In this document: in pieces, positions 14,925 to 29,216 of the stretch
How positions within the stretch are numbered: the stretch's first letter is position 1
Layout of the letters: every line of letters starts with the position of its first letter
Source of the DNA: Eledone cirrhosa
Taxonomy: Eukaryota
NCBI GenBank assembly: GCA_964016885.1
Contig: OZ024745.1
Span: forward strand, 53,630,001-53,694,000
Direction of reading: 5' to 3'
DNA: 64,000 nt
Translations under genes and position numbers: made by a program
Notes under the pieces: generated by a model
The model's input: the letters and a program-made list of their open reading frames with translations, nothing else
Databases searched by the model: none
What the model was told of the DNA's origin: nothing

Positions 14925-15151
14925 CCTTGTCTGGCTTTCTGGAGAATAGAGGAAAGGTGTTTCCTCAAAAACCAGTATGACTCTAAAAACCGGTTTGTCT
15001 GTGTGTTTACATACAGAATAGCTGGACACTCACAGTAAAGTGACCAGTGAAAAACTCGGTACATCTACATATGTACACGTGTGTGTATTCATATGCATAC
15101 TAGTATTTCAGTATACATATGTGGATGTACATTTTTAACTCAATATGTATA

Positions 15152-15183
<32 letters not shown>

Positions 15184-15186
15184 GTG

Positions 15187-15353
<167 letters not shown>

Positions 15354-17182
15354 TTAGATAGATAGAGTGGTGGTATATATATATATATATTCCCCACTAC
15401 TACACTCTCTCTTTGTCTCTCCTCTCACTATCTCTCTTAGTCTCTTTCCACTACCACCCTCTCCCTCTCTCTTTCTCTATGGATGTAAGGAGCCAGAAGA
15501 AACACTGCAATGATATTTTTTCCGACACTCTACCAATTTTGCCAATCCGGGAGAGAGACTGTCGATTATATCGACCTCAGTATTTAACTGGTACTTTATT
15601 TTATCGCCTACGAATGATGAAAGGTAAAGTTGATCTCCGTCAGATTTGAAATCTGAACCTAGAGATAGAACAAACGCTTCAAAGTATTTTGTCTGACGCT
15701 CTAACGATTCATGATCGAATATTAAGAAATACATATTACGAAAGTAAGCACGGCTGAATGTGTAAAAAGTTTGCTTCGAAATCATGTGATCGCTCGTTTG
15801 ATCCCATTGCGTGTCGTTTTGAACCAGTGTCGGCAAGAGCCGGAGAATGAAATTGGTTTGACGGTGACAGTGCGGATACAGTGTCATGTAATGTGTCAGA
15901 TTGATTCGGCTTAAGATGGAATACTCAGCCACATACACGTATATTTAACTAGTCAGACATTGATATGGTCAAACAACTTTTTAATTGATTCTCAGCAGAT
16001 TAAGTGTGACAGTGACACAATATGCGACAATATTTGCCTTTGAATTATAGGTTCAATCAAATTAGCGGACCTTCAAATAGTTCTATTTATCTAATATTAC
16101 TCAGAAAGATTGGATCAATGTACAGCTATATTAAGGGGCACTTGCCCAAAATACTCGACAGTTGGATCGAACCCGGAGGCTCATGGTCATGAAGCGAGCT
16201 TCTTAACAATTCGGCGATGCTGGATTCATTAGAAGTTGATGCTAACTCCATTTCTTCAACTGTATTTATTTTATTGAACTATAAAAGCATGAAAGGTAAA
16301 TTTCAACCAATGGGATTTGAAATCTAGACGTTAAGATTCTTAACTAAATACCACATGGCATTTTGTCAGCTGTTCTCAATATTCTGCCAATTTACCGCCC
16401 TGTTAAACAGTCAAATATGAACAACGTTCCAGAGAAACTATTAAGCGTAATGCAACTACGCCAATGTCTCAGATATGTTGTATGGTGAGTTTTAAAAAAA
16501 ACTTTGATCAACTAAAATTATCGAAGCAATTAGTAAACAGAATCTTCCTCTGGGGGTGTTTAAAACTAAAAACAACAAGCTCAGGAAATCATGCGACGTT
16601 TCCTTAATACCATCTCCCCTCTCTCTCTCTCTCTCTCTCTTTCTCTCTTTCTCTCCCTCTCTCCCCCTCTCTTTCCCTCGCTCTCCTTCTTTCTCTCTCT
16701 CTCTCTCACCCTCTTTCTCTCCCTCTCTACATCACTCGTTTTCCCAGTGTTGTTTTTCTTATCAACATGACAATAGTAAAATAAAATGTTTGCCAACCAA
16801 TGATTCTCTTTCTTTTTTTTTTTTTTTCGTTTTCTTTGTTTATATTTTTCCCTTTGTCTTCTTTTTCCCCTCTTCTTCATTTGAACATTCTCCAGTATTA
16901 ATGGTCTCATCAGAGAAATAGCAATTTCTTACTCTTTTGAAAACTTCGACTATTGAAACAGATGTTCGAATCACGGAAATTCTTGGCAGCAGAAACACTT
17001 TCTCCTTCAGACAAAGTCGGAAATAGTATATGTGTCCGTATATATATGTATAAAGATACACACACACACACACAAACACGCGCGCGCGCGCGTGTGTGTG
17101 TGTATGTGTGTGTGAGGGGTGGTGTATAGAAATCATGCGAAGTTTTCTTAATACCATCTTTTTCTCCTTTTCTTTCTCGCTT

Positions 17183-17252
<70 letters not shown>

Positions 17253-18522
17253 TGTACGTATGCATATGTGTGTGTATGTATGTTTGTATGTATGTTGGCA
17301 AAAACTTTTCCATTGAGAAACGAGTACGAAAAGATTAGTAAATAATTGAAAATGCGGAGAAGACTTTTCTGCCAAAAGGTAAGTATAGCAATATTGAAAT
17401 CATACTAAAAGTAACAAAAAAAAAATCAACATCAAAAGCGTTGTTTTTCAAGTATAATGACTTAAATAAAAACGATTTCTCAAAAGAAAATACATATTAT
17501 TTGTGACAAAAGGCCTGTCTAAAGAGGATAATTAATACACGTATTGCTATTCTCAAGTCTGGGCGAAGCAATGGGGTGGAGGTTAGTTATATTTAAAAGT
17601 TGGTATTGTTTTATAATCTATACAATGAAACCAAAGATGGCGGATATGATAAATTCAGCAGGTCTATTTTATCATTACCCTATTTCATGTTAGGATCCTA
17701 GACAGCTAATTTGAACAATCTTCGATCTATATAGCTGTAGAGGTACTGTCGTTGAAGAGCCCAAAGTTGACTCTGTTCGAGTATATATTTTGATAAAAGG
17801 CATTCAAACAGTCGCCTTTTTTTCTTTTTCTATTTTTTCCTTTTACTTTTGAGAAATGCTGTATCCCAGAATACATTGTCCAAATGTGTCCTCTTTTAAG
17901 ATGGTATTGAGGTGTGTTTAGTTGTTATTTCTAGTAAGAGGCGTCACAAAGTAGTTAATATTAGTTAACATAGATTAGTGTTGTTAGTGGCAGCAATGAA
18001 GAAATCAGTGTTTTGATTAACATGCAGTGCAAGAAGAAAAATGCACACCACCAGTCTATGTACCACAGAATACATTACCCCAATTGTATCCTGTTTTAAA
18101 TTGGTATGGGCTGGTTTAAGTGGTGGTTAATTGCTATTACTTGTCGGTGATGCAACTACGTAAGAAGTGCATATAGGTTATGGCAATGTGATCTAAACGC
18201 CACCAACTTTGATATGCTCTAAATGCAGATACGGTTTCCCTCTTACAAATTATTTAGCGATTATAGAAAAGTAATCGTTGAAACGTTATAGTAGATAAGG
18301 CAAAAGAGGATATATATCATTCCGTTTGTAGATGTAGGCAACTCCCTTAAGGCATAGGGAATGTCCTTTGTACAACTTCAGAATAACTATAGTTGTGTGA
18401 GGAGTGTGGAGAGACATGCTTTTCTCACGTACATACAAGCACTGAGATTAGCACAGGCACACATACACTCACAAACACGCACATACATACGCTCACACTC
18501 GAACACAAATGTTCTCTCTCAA

Positions 18523-18558
<36 letters not shown>

Positions 18559-18639
18559 ACACACACACACCTGCAAATTGAATTCATCTCACTCTCGCCA
18601 TTAAACTGTCAACCAAGAATAAAGTAAAATAAAACTTAT

Positions 18640-19122
18640 GGCTGAACCGGCAGTTCTCCCTAACATTGCCAAGACAAAATTTTTGGAATATAATTCATAG
18701 ACCCCGAACTAAAAGTCCTCCGTCTTTCTTCTCGTCGACAACCTCAGTCTCGCCGAGCAAGTCATTCTCACTTGTCCCTCACTGGTTCTCTATAAACTCT
18801 AGAGGAATTTTTACTTACCGCATTGCCCGATTAGTGAAGGACTGTGAGTGCCTCACAAAATTCTAGATACCAGGCACCCAGTGTCGCCTTCGTTTGACCA
18901 ACGACTGCAGCTCAGTCAAAGAGACGAGCTGCGATAAGACTTGTCTGACAAAGGGCGACCACACCTATTCACCATTTAGGAAACTGCCGTAGTCTCAACG
19001 CATGTTTGCACAACATCAACCACGGCATGCCAAGACCCCAGCGTGAAGTTTGGACTGGTGCAATGCACGATGGTCAGGCAGTAGAAGATGACGGATTCGA
19101 TGAGACCAGTGCCGATTACCTC
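18640..19122 (-). pseudogene. Decayed fragment of Tx1-type LINE ORF2
   Basis: Reverse complement matches the element at ~51920-52450, e.g. tccgtcatcttctactgcctgacc vs tccgtcatctactaccgcctgacc, and ggcatgccgtggttgatg vs ggcatgccgtggctgatg. Confidence 0.75.
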
Positions 19123-19141
19123 AATATACAAAGAATAATAA

Positions 19142-19490
19142 TTATTTCTACTTTTGGCACAAGGCCAGCAATTATCCCAGTGTATTACTGGTACTTTATT
19201 TTATCGACCCCGTAAGGATGAAAGAATACAAAGAATAATAATTGTTTCTACTTTAGGCACAAGGCCAGCAATTACCCAGTGCATTACTGGTACTTTATTT
19301 TATCGACCCCGTAAGGATGAAAGGCAAAGTCAACCTCGGCGGGATTTGAACTCAGATCGTAATAATAATGGTTTCTGATTTAGGTCAACAATTTACGGGA
19401 GGGAAATATCGATTAAATAGGCCCCAATGAGTTACTGGTACTTTATTTTCTGGGGCTGATAAGGATGAAAGGAAAAGCTAACCACGGTGG
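19142..19490 (-). mobile_element. Cluster of three partial SINE copies (local tandem duplication)
   Basis: Repeated aatacaaagaataata+SINE tail at ~19125 and ~19225, and a third variant at ~19370. Confidence 0.8.
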
Positions 19491-19527
19491 GAAGAAGAAG
19501 AAGAAGAAGAAGAAGAAGAAGAAGAAG

Positions 19528-19574
<47 letters not shown>

Positions 19575-19661
19575 AAACAGCATTTGTTTTGTTCAGATGA
19601 AAAAAGAATAGATGAAAACGAAGAAATAAAGGAAAAAAATAAAAAAGAACAGCAATGATAA

Positions 19662-20183
19662 TCTCTTTATAATATATAACCAGCAATTCCTCTGTCTGTC
19701 TGTCCGACAGTGGAAACACGTGCGCGCGTGCGAATGTTTTTTGCGCACGCGTAAAGAGAGAGTGAGAGTGAAAGAAAGAGACAGACTACAAGAGGGGGAT
19801 AGCGGGAGGGAGAGGGGGGGAATTGAGGAGTGCTACAGAAACATATATATATTTCTGTGTTGTGTAATATATATATATATACACACACAGAAATATATAT
19901 ATATACACACAGAAATATATATACATTTCTGTGTGTGTAATATATATATATATACACACAGAAATATATATACATTTCTGTGTGTGTAATATATATATAT
20001 ATACACACAGAAATATATATACATTTCTGTGTGTGTAATATATATATACACACAGAAATATATATACATTTCTGTGTGTGTAATATATATATATATATAC
20101 ACACAGAAATATATATACATTTCTGTGTGTGTAATATATATATATACTAGCAGAAAACCACCCGGTGGGTGGTTTTCTGCTAG
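19662..20183 (+). mobile_element. Non-autonomous Helitron-like element A (copy 1)
   Basis: A|TC start (tctctttataatatataaccagc), internal palindromic minisatellite, ends in a 37-bp palindrome terminating CTAG. Confidence 0.6.
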
Positions 20184-21067
20184 TCTATATATATAAAACT
20201 GAGGATGTCTGTGTGTGTGTGTGTGTGAGTTTGAATCCCTAAAACTCGAGAACCACTCAACCGACTCTTTTCAAACTTTACACATGTAATACTTGTTTCT
20301 GAGCAAAAATAATTTCAAATTTTCAATGCCCTAGAGACCGCATTAGGCGATTTAGCGATCTCTCTATATAATTCTTAGTCTTTCTCTTTTTAGATAGATA
20401 CATACATATAACGTTGCGCCCTTATAATATGTGTCTGTATGTCTGACTGTCTGCATTACGTCACTTCCCTGAGGATGTCTGTCTGTGTGTGTCTGTGAGT
20501 TTGAATCCCTAAAACTCGAGAAGTACCCAACCGACTTTTTTCAAACTTTACATGTGTATTACTTATGTTTCAACTTTTTTAACCTTTAGGGCCTGCATTA
20601 GGTGAAAAACTGCGTTTTTTCAGGTTTTTAGGGGTTTTTTGAGTCGTTACGTCAGACTGATTTCCTTGAAATTGTAACTATGTATTAGTCAGTCTTTTCT
20701 TCGTACGGTGAGCAAAGAAAATCCAACTTTTTTATGGCCTAGGGCCCGCGTTAGGTGAAAATTTCTCTTTTTTTAGCTTTTTAGGGCTTTTTTGAGGCGT
20801 TACGTCTAGCCGATTTTCACGAAATTTCAAGGCATATTATGCACATAAAAGAAATTCATTTTCTTGATCCCCTAGGGCCCGCATTAGGTGAAAACCTGCA
20901 TTTTTCCTGCTTCATCGAGGAAAATCTTAACGATTATCCAGCCTTCAGAGTATTCAGTTTATTTTCTTTACATATTGTCCAGGCATGCAGTTTTTCCACG
21001 ATTAGGTCTGTTGGCGGCTCGCATTCCAAAATACCTTATCCCGTGCAACGCCGGGTACCACTGCTAG
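20184..21067 (+). mobile_element. Non-autonomous Helitron B (copy 1)
   Basis: 5' TCTATATATATAAAAC, 3' hairpin cccgtgcaacgccggg followed by ...CTAG|T. Confidence 0.85.
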
Positions 21068-21500
21068 TAAGATTATATTTCTCGCTAAAGTAATTGATAG
21101 AAAGCAATAATTATCCTTTTGGGGGATGGGGACACTGCTGCATGCTTTCAAGGACAGAGTTCCCTATATGGAAAAAAATATTGAAGAGTTTCGTGAAAAT
21201 ATGGTCCGACTTCAGGACTCTCTCAACAGAGATCTATCCCAATTTTTGGAAACTAGAAAGCAATCGCTCTGAGCATATTTTATGATACTTCAATGACCTC
21301 TGTTCAAGCGAAATGCATACCACCACCAGGTTTAAACACCTTTCATCTTGTGGCTGGCCATCACCACCTACTGCACTACGCATCACTGTGCTCTTCCCAC
21401 CTCGCCGATTCTGTTTCTTAATAACCATTTTAATAATTTTTTTTTTCAGACATAGATTTTCGAAACTGTCGATTAAGATTATGTTAAAGAAATAGTAGAA

Positions 21501-21768
21501 ATGACATTGCGTTCCTGTATAAAATCTGTGATACTATTCTGGTTAATAATATTCATTGTCAACATAAAATTGGAAGGAAGGAATGATGAGAAAGACTGTC
21601 CACAAAACGGACAGAACGTTAATGAAATTCAATACGAACATTCGTGAAAAATGTATTTCTAGAAAATTCCATTTAAAAATATGTTTTAAAAAAGTCGAAT
21701 TAACAAAGCCTTGCCCTCTATATAATCCGCCTCGTCGAGGAAAGTCAACTTTAAATACTAAAAAATAA
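21501..21768 (+). pseudogene. Candidate small secreted-peptide gene interrupted by a 4-nt duplication
   Basis: Acceptor ttttttttcAG at 21449, ATG at 21501 with a signal-peptide-like N-terminus, frame restored by removing one ggaa at ~21572-21583, AATAAA at 21784. Confidence 0.3.
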
Positions 21769-22018
21769 CAAATATAATTCAATAATAAATCGCTTTTTAT
21801 TTCGCGGGAATTTAGTACGAAACAACAGTAGATATATCACTGATGCATATTTTGTCAACAGTGGAACAAGAAATTGCAAATAATAATAAAATACTAAATA
21901 TAATCAAAGTGTTTTTAAGAAAAACCGTTAAAAACAAAATATAATTAATATATAAATTGTAAGAGGGTGCTTGGTTGTAGCGCCTTAGCCACGCTATCAC
22001 CCGCCGTAACGCTGCTAG

Positions 22019-23381
22019 TCTCCTTATAATATATAACCAGCAATTTCTCTGTCTGTCTGTCCGACAGTGGAAACACGTGCGCGCGTGGTTGCTATCTCTC
22101 TCTCTCCAGCTATCCCTCTCTTTTAGTCTGTCTGTTTCTCTCACTCTCACTCTTTCTCTTTGTAATACACTAACATTCCTCCCCTCTATCGCTGTGACGA
22201 ATGGGGAGATGGAGGAGGAGGAGGAGGAGGAGGAGGAGGAGGAGAGAGTCACTTCGTCACTTCACCTCTGCCATTCTTTCTCTCCCCTCTCACTCCCTCA
22301 TTACGTACAGACATTAGGGCGGTGGATTGGCAGAATCTGTAGAGAGTCGGACACCATGCTTCATAGCATGGAGTTACGTCCCTTTACGGTCTGAGTTCAA
22401 ATACCGCCGAGGTTAACTTTGCCTTTCATCCTCACGGGGTCGATAAAATAAAGTACCAGTAATGTACTGGGTAATTGCTGGCCTTGTGCCAAAAGTAGAA
22501 ACAATTATTAGAAACATTGCTTCATTTTTACATATCTAAGCATTATTAAAATAACTAATAATCTCAAAAGTAATTTTTCAATTCCAATTGTTATAAACAG
22601 CAAAACATTAATAATAATTTTGTTCTAAGAAATATATATACATTTCTGTGTGTGTAATATATATATATATATATATATACATACAGAAATATATATACAT
22701 TTCTGTGTGTGTAATATATGTATATACACACAGAAATATATATACATTTCTTTGTGTATAATATATATATACACTCACAGAAATATATATATACACACAC
22801 AGAAAATATATATATATATACACACACAGAAATATATGGGCATTTCTCTGTTTGTATGTCTGTCTGTCTGTCTGTCCTTCCCTAAAACTCAAATGTAGGT
22901 GCTACAGAAATATTACCTTCCCCTTCCTTTCTCCACTTTGGTACTACCAAGAGAAACACTGTCGCTATAGAAACATTACCTTCCCCTCTCCACTGACTTT
23001 GGTCACTGAGGCCGAGGGAATCGCTGGTTGCTATAGAGACACCTTGCACAAGCCAGGAGTAACCAGTTCGAGGCGGTTCTGACTTGACACCATGCCAAGG
23101 ACCATTTGAAGATTTATTTCCATCGTTATATCATAACGTTTATGTATCATAACGTTTATATTTCCGTCACTAATCTCTTTTTCTCCTTTTTCGTTTTAAC
23201 ATATATTTATTTCAAAGATTTCACCGTATAGATAACATATATATTTATACATGCATAAAAGACACACCGAGAGACGGTGAACATGTGGTGCCGAAAACAT
23301 TTCTCATCCAAATCTCAACAATATCAGTATATACACTAGATTTGCTAGCAGAAAACCGCCCACCGGGTGGTTTTCTGCTAG
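22019..23381 (+). mobile_element. Non-autonomous Helitron-like element A (copy 2, with nested SINE)
   Basis: Same 5' end (tctccttataatatataaccagc), same minisatellite (22627-22840), same terminal palindrome ending CTAG. Confidence 0.6.
22317..22510 (+). mobile_element. tRNA-derived SINE nested in the Helitron-like element
   Basis: Full family sequence. Confidence 0.88.
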
Positions 23382-24452
<1,071 letters not shown>

Positions 24453-24909
24453 TATAATATAAAATCCACATATACATACATACACACACATATATATATA
24501 CACATATAAACATATACATATATATATATATGGTATAATTATTCTCTCTCGTCTACGATTTCACAGAACTTATGTTCATTGATTTCAAGGACTTGACTTC
24601 TTCTTCCTCCCGTTTGACCTATGCGAAATTCTTTCCTTACTCACATTTTGACCAGGTTTGATGGTCTTTATTCTCTCTCGTCCACGATTTCACAGAACTT
24701 ATGTTCATCGATTTCAGGGACTTGACTCCTTCTTCCTCACTTTTCGTTGCATTACCATCTTTGATTGTTTACTGTCTCGCTCGTTCCCCCTATTTACGTG
24801 TCCCAACGACTTTCTTTAGCCATTGCTCGCACCAACCGGAGGTATATGGTCTTTAAAGCGATGAAATACCAATGAAGGTTGGAAGATCACTGATGAAGGA
24901 CTAAATTTA

Positions 24910-24962
<53 letters not shown>

Positions 24963-24964
24963 TA

Positions 24965-25512
24965 GTGAAGGCGCATGGCTTAGTGGTTAGAGCATTAGCT
25001 TGCAATTGAAAGATTGTGAGTTCAATTCTCGGACCGGGTGATATGTTGTTTCCTTGAGCAAGACACTTTATTTCACGTTGCTCCAGTTTACTCACCTGAA
25101 AATGAGTACCAGCAATAGCTGGAGGTTTAACCCTGCGATGGACTGGCGTCCTGTCCAGGGGGGAGTCTTGTACTCTCAGTCGCTTCACGCCATGAAACCG
25201 GGATAAGCACCGGCCAAATGAGCCTTCTGTCTTAAGACAGTGGAGGCACGTGGCCTAGTGGTAAGAGTGTTGGACTTACGATTATAATGTCGTGGGTTCG
25301 ATTCCTGGGTTGCGTGTTGTGTTCTTGAGCAAAAAACTTCATTTCACGTTGCTCCAGTATACTCAGCTGAAAACGAGTACCAGCAATAACTGGAGGTTTA
25401 ACCCTGCGATGGACTGGCGTCCTGTCCAGAGGGGAGTCTTGTACTCTCAGCTGCTTCACGTCATGAAATCGGGGTAAGCACCGGCCAAATGAGCCTTCTG
25501 GCTTAGGACAGA
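24965..25512 (+). mobile_element. Head-to-tail dimer of a second tRNA-derived SINE family
   Basis: Two ~275-bp units (starting ~24965 and ~25240) with A-box tggc(t/c)tagtggt, B-box-like g(a/g)gttc(a/g)att, cttgagcaa and cctgcgatggactggcgtcctgtccag. Confidence 0.85.
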
Positions 25513-26933
25513 CTTTAGACTAGATATAATATATATATATTTATGTATATATACATACACAGCCGTGAATTGATATAAGAAGAAGAAGAAGAAGAAGAAT
25601 GATAACCGTTTCCTTAAGATGAAAATAGAAGGAAAAGAATAAAAAAGAAATAAGAAAAGTAAAAATAAAGAGAAAGAGTGATAACAATAATAATATAAAA
25701 TACACACACACATATACATTCACACATGTGCCACACACAACACACACGCAACTTACACATTCATTCACACACAAAGGTAATACACATGCTTGTACACAGA
25801 TACTTACACGCATACATATACACAAACGCACATATACCCACACACACACATACGTAGACACTCACATACGTACACATACATACACATACGTACACATACA
25901 TACACATACGTACGCACAATACATACACGTACATACGTACATATATACATACACATACACATACATACACGTGCATACATACATAAACATATATCCACAC
26001 ACATATACGTAGACACTCACATACGTACACATACGTATGCACAATACATACACGTACATACATACCTATATATATACATACACATACATACACATACACG
26101 TACATACATACATATATATATACACAAACATATACCCACACACATATACGTAGACACTCACGTACATACACATACGTACGCACAATACATACACGTACAT
26201 ACACATACATACACATACATACACGTACATACATATATACATACACACACATACGCATGCATACTGGCACTCTTACGCATACAGGCACACTTACACTCGC
26301 ACGTGTGTATACGCACGTACGGTGACATATACACGCACGCTCGCTTAAAGAGCAATAGTAGAGAAGCTGATCAATCCAAAACTGAAAGTCAGTTCATTGA
26401 GTGAGTTCAGCAAGAGAGGGGAGAGGTTATTGTGTGTAACCTTTGTACTTGGCAAATGCCATCATTAGAAAAACCTCTCACGATTGTAGGTGTCAAAACA
26501 TGCCACTCTTTCACGCAATTCAATTTTTCTACTTTCGACTGCCAGTTCAGGCAACGGTTTAATTGCCACGAGTAGCGTGCTACAGTCATAGATTGGATTT
26601 TATTTGTTTAGTTATTTATTTATTCGTTTATTTATTTATTAGACTGTTTGTTTGTTTGATTGTTTGGGCGATGTGGAGGGTAAAAGATACAGTATTCGAT
26701 CAATGAATAATTATATGTATACTATTATTTTTAACCAAAATGCCTGCTTTTTCTCCAAATTTTGTTCCGTTCTTTCCTTCTATCAGTCGCTATCTTTCTA
26801 TTTCTTATATTTCTCATTCTATTTTCTGGTAAATTACGAGTATCCGAAAAGTTTAAAATATGTTCTTATTATATCAAGCGTGAAACTAATACATTTCTTC
26901 GTTGTACTATATTGTTTGCCTTGTGTTTCTGTT

Positions 26934-27015
<82 letters not shown>

Positions 27016-27094
27016 TTCTCTCTCTTTCTCTTTTTCTTTCTGTCTCTCTCTCTCCCTCTTTCTCTTTATATATATGTGTATATACACGCACACG

Positions 27095-27177
<83 letters not shown>

Positions 27178-27193
27178 GTGTGTATATATATAC

Positions 27194-28765
27194 TCCAAGG
27201 TCACGGGAATCACTCCCGCGCAGATAGAAGAACACATCAACGCCGCCTGGACCAACATCTGCGACCGGCGGAAGCTCCCGAAGAAGCTGAGATACAACCT
27301 CCTCACGAGGAACAGCAGCCTACCGGCCTTCTACCACCTCGTGATAACACACAAACAGGGACCCGATCTGAAGATCAGGCCCATTGTATCGAGCGTGGAA
27401 GGACCACTCTACAAAATTTCATGGCTCCTAGCCAGAATACTCAAACCCATCTTAGACACCTTGCCGGGACACGTTAACAGCTCCGAGGAGGTGTTGAAGC
27501 GCCTGCATCAAATGGATTCCGACACCAGAAGGAATAACAGATATGCCTTCAGCCTTGATGTAGTCGCTCTCTACACCTCGGTCCCGGCACTCCCGGCCGT
27601 CAATATACTGATGGAACGCGTCCAATCCACCGACCTACACTGCTTCGGGCTCACCACCACTGACATCCACCAACTCCTATCCATCGTCGTCGACAACATC
27701 TACTTCGGATTCCTTGACCAAACATACCAACAAACCTCGGGATTGCCCATGGGATCAAGCCTGTCGGGTGTGCTAGCGATCTCTTACATGGACAACCTCG
27801 ATCGCAAGGCACTCAACGCCTGCCACCCCAACGCCGTCGCCTTTTTCTCAAGGTATGTGGACGATATCCTCATCCTCACATCTTCCCAAGACACGGCGAA
27901 CAGAATCTATGAGACGTTCAACAACACGGACGAGAACATTGACTTCAGTGTTGAACACCCCAACGAAGACGGATCACTTGCCCTCCTCGACTTCCGAATC
28001 AACATCACGGAACAGGGAAGAATTCACTGCAACTTCTACCGAAAGGCAGCCTGCAGGGACCTGTTCGTTCACTACAAGTCCGCCCTCCCTAACAGTGCCA
28101 AAAGAGGATACATCACGGACGAGATCGCGCGAATCAAAAACAGATGCAGCGATCCCGCGAGTGGTGTTACTCATACCAAGCGATTCCTCGAGGTGCTGGA
28201 GACGAACGGGTACCCTACCTCGCTCACAGACAGAGTAGGAGACACCAGACCCAAGAGACCCAGAGGCACCCAAGGCAAGTGCTTCCTTAAAATTCCACAC
28301 CTGGGCGAGAATACCACCAACGCTATCCGCAAGGCTATACGGAGGGAGGGCCTCGACATCCACCTGGCCCACTCGGGCCCCTCCCTGCGAAGATGCCTCT
28401 CCAGGAAACCCGGGAAATCAATTGACGCGTGCTCCCTCAGAGACTACCCGATACGCCATGCGAACTATTGCCTACGCACATACGTCGTGTATAAGATAGA
28501 ATGCAACGAGTGCAACCAATACTATATAGGTAGCACAATCCAACCTTTGCACATCCGGATCAAGGAACACACTAAAATCAGGGCCTCGTCTTTCCGGAAA
28601 CACATAGACAAATGCGGAAACAAAGACGGAAGGCCCATTGTCACAATTCTAGCGACTGAAAGAAACGTCGGCACGTTACGTATCAAGGAAGCACTTTTTA
28701 TCAAACGCCTAGAGCTGCAAATAAACAATCGATCCGAGAGAAGCGAAATGAGTTGGCTGGTTTAA
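27194..28765 (+). CDS. Penelope-like reverse transcriptase / GIY-YIG endonuclease (N-terminally truncated)
   Basis: [37 protein letters not shown]; [29 protein letters not shown]...KEALFI...INN. The upstream part of the ORF-track call (from 26762) is microsatellite. Confidence 0.93.
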   Translation, partial: SKVTGITPAQIEEHINAAWTNICDRRKLPKKLRYNLLTRNSSLPAFYHLVITHKQGPDLKIRPIVSSVEGPLYKISWLLARILKPILDTLPGHVNSSEEVLKRLHQMDSDTRRNNRYAFSLDVVALYTSVPALPAVNILMERVQSTDLHCFGLTTTDIHQLLSIVVDNIYFGFLDQTYQQTSGLPMGSSLSGVLAISYMDNLDRKALNACHPNAVAFFSRYVDDILILTSSQDTANRIYETFNNTDENIDFSVEHPNEDGSLALLDFRINITEQGRIHCNFYRKAACRDLFVHYKSALPNSAKRGYITDEIARIKNRCSDPASGVTHTKRFLEVLETNGYPTSLTDRVGDTRPKRPRGTQGKCFLKIPHLGENTTNAIRKAIRREGLDIHLAHSGPSLRRCLSRKPGKSIDACSLRDYPIRHANYCLRTYVVYKIECNECNQYYIGSTIQPLHIRIKEHTKIRASSFRKHIDKCGNKDGRPIVTILATERNVGTLRIKEALFIKRLELQINNRSERSEMSWLV

Positions 28766-28819
28766 GTTAACAAACGATGCAGCAACACACGCACACACAC
28801 ACACAAGCGAGACAACAAC

Positions 28820-28850
<31 letters not shown>

Positions 28851-29180
28851 GTAGCATTCCACCATACGAACATACTACACTGCCAATACAGAGGAACAAG
28901 GCAACAACACACGCACACACACACACTCAAGCGAGACAACAGCACACGCACACACACACACAGTAACATTTAACAAACAGGCAGAGAATGGACTGAAAGC
29001 TAGCGCCACCCCACTCCCACAATTGAAAGAACTACTTCGGCCGCTGACCTCTGCCCGACCGACCCCATTTCATGCGCACGCGCGCTCTGCTGAATACCTC
29101 AGATATTCAAAACAACGAACAGTGGAGGACGCGTTTCGTACCTTTCCGACAGACAACCCTTCCCCCACCCCGGAAAAAAA

Positions 29181-29216
29181 CCCCAGTTGATGGATGTGAA
29201 TCCGAAATATATAGGG
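29181..29216 (+). ncRNA. Variant or degenerate hammerhead in the Penelope 3' region
   Basis: ccc-CAGTTGA-t-ggat-gtga-atcc-GAAA-tatATA-ggg then attaaa. HHR topology is intact but the core differs from CUGANGA at two positions. Confidence 0.45.

Larger units (their letters stand above)
13827..15144 (+). mobile_element. Non-coding 466-nt repeat with hammerhead ribozymes: one inverted copy plus ~1.85 tandem copies
   Basis: 13827-14280 is the reverse complement of the unit. Tandem units start at 14281 and 14747. Copies are nearly identical and flanked by (TA)n. Confidence 0.92.

Noticed and set aside
14017-15029. Three identical 60-aa ORFs (MSSYSVCKHTDK...)
   Set aside because: GTG-start ORFs antisense to the ribozyme in the repeated unit, with no protein features
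19830-20145. CRISPR-like spaced palindromic repeats
   Set aside because: Spacers are just (TA)n, the context is eukaryotic and there are no cas genes
21126-21272. 48-aa protein-like ORF MGTLLHAFKDRVPYMEKNIEEF...
   Set aside because: Short, no recognisable family and no splice signals
24965-25330. tRNA-like A/B boxes
   Set aside because: These are SINE heads and do not form a complete cloverleaf
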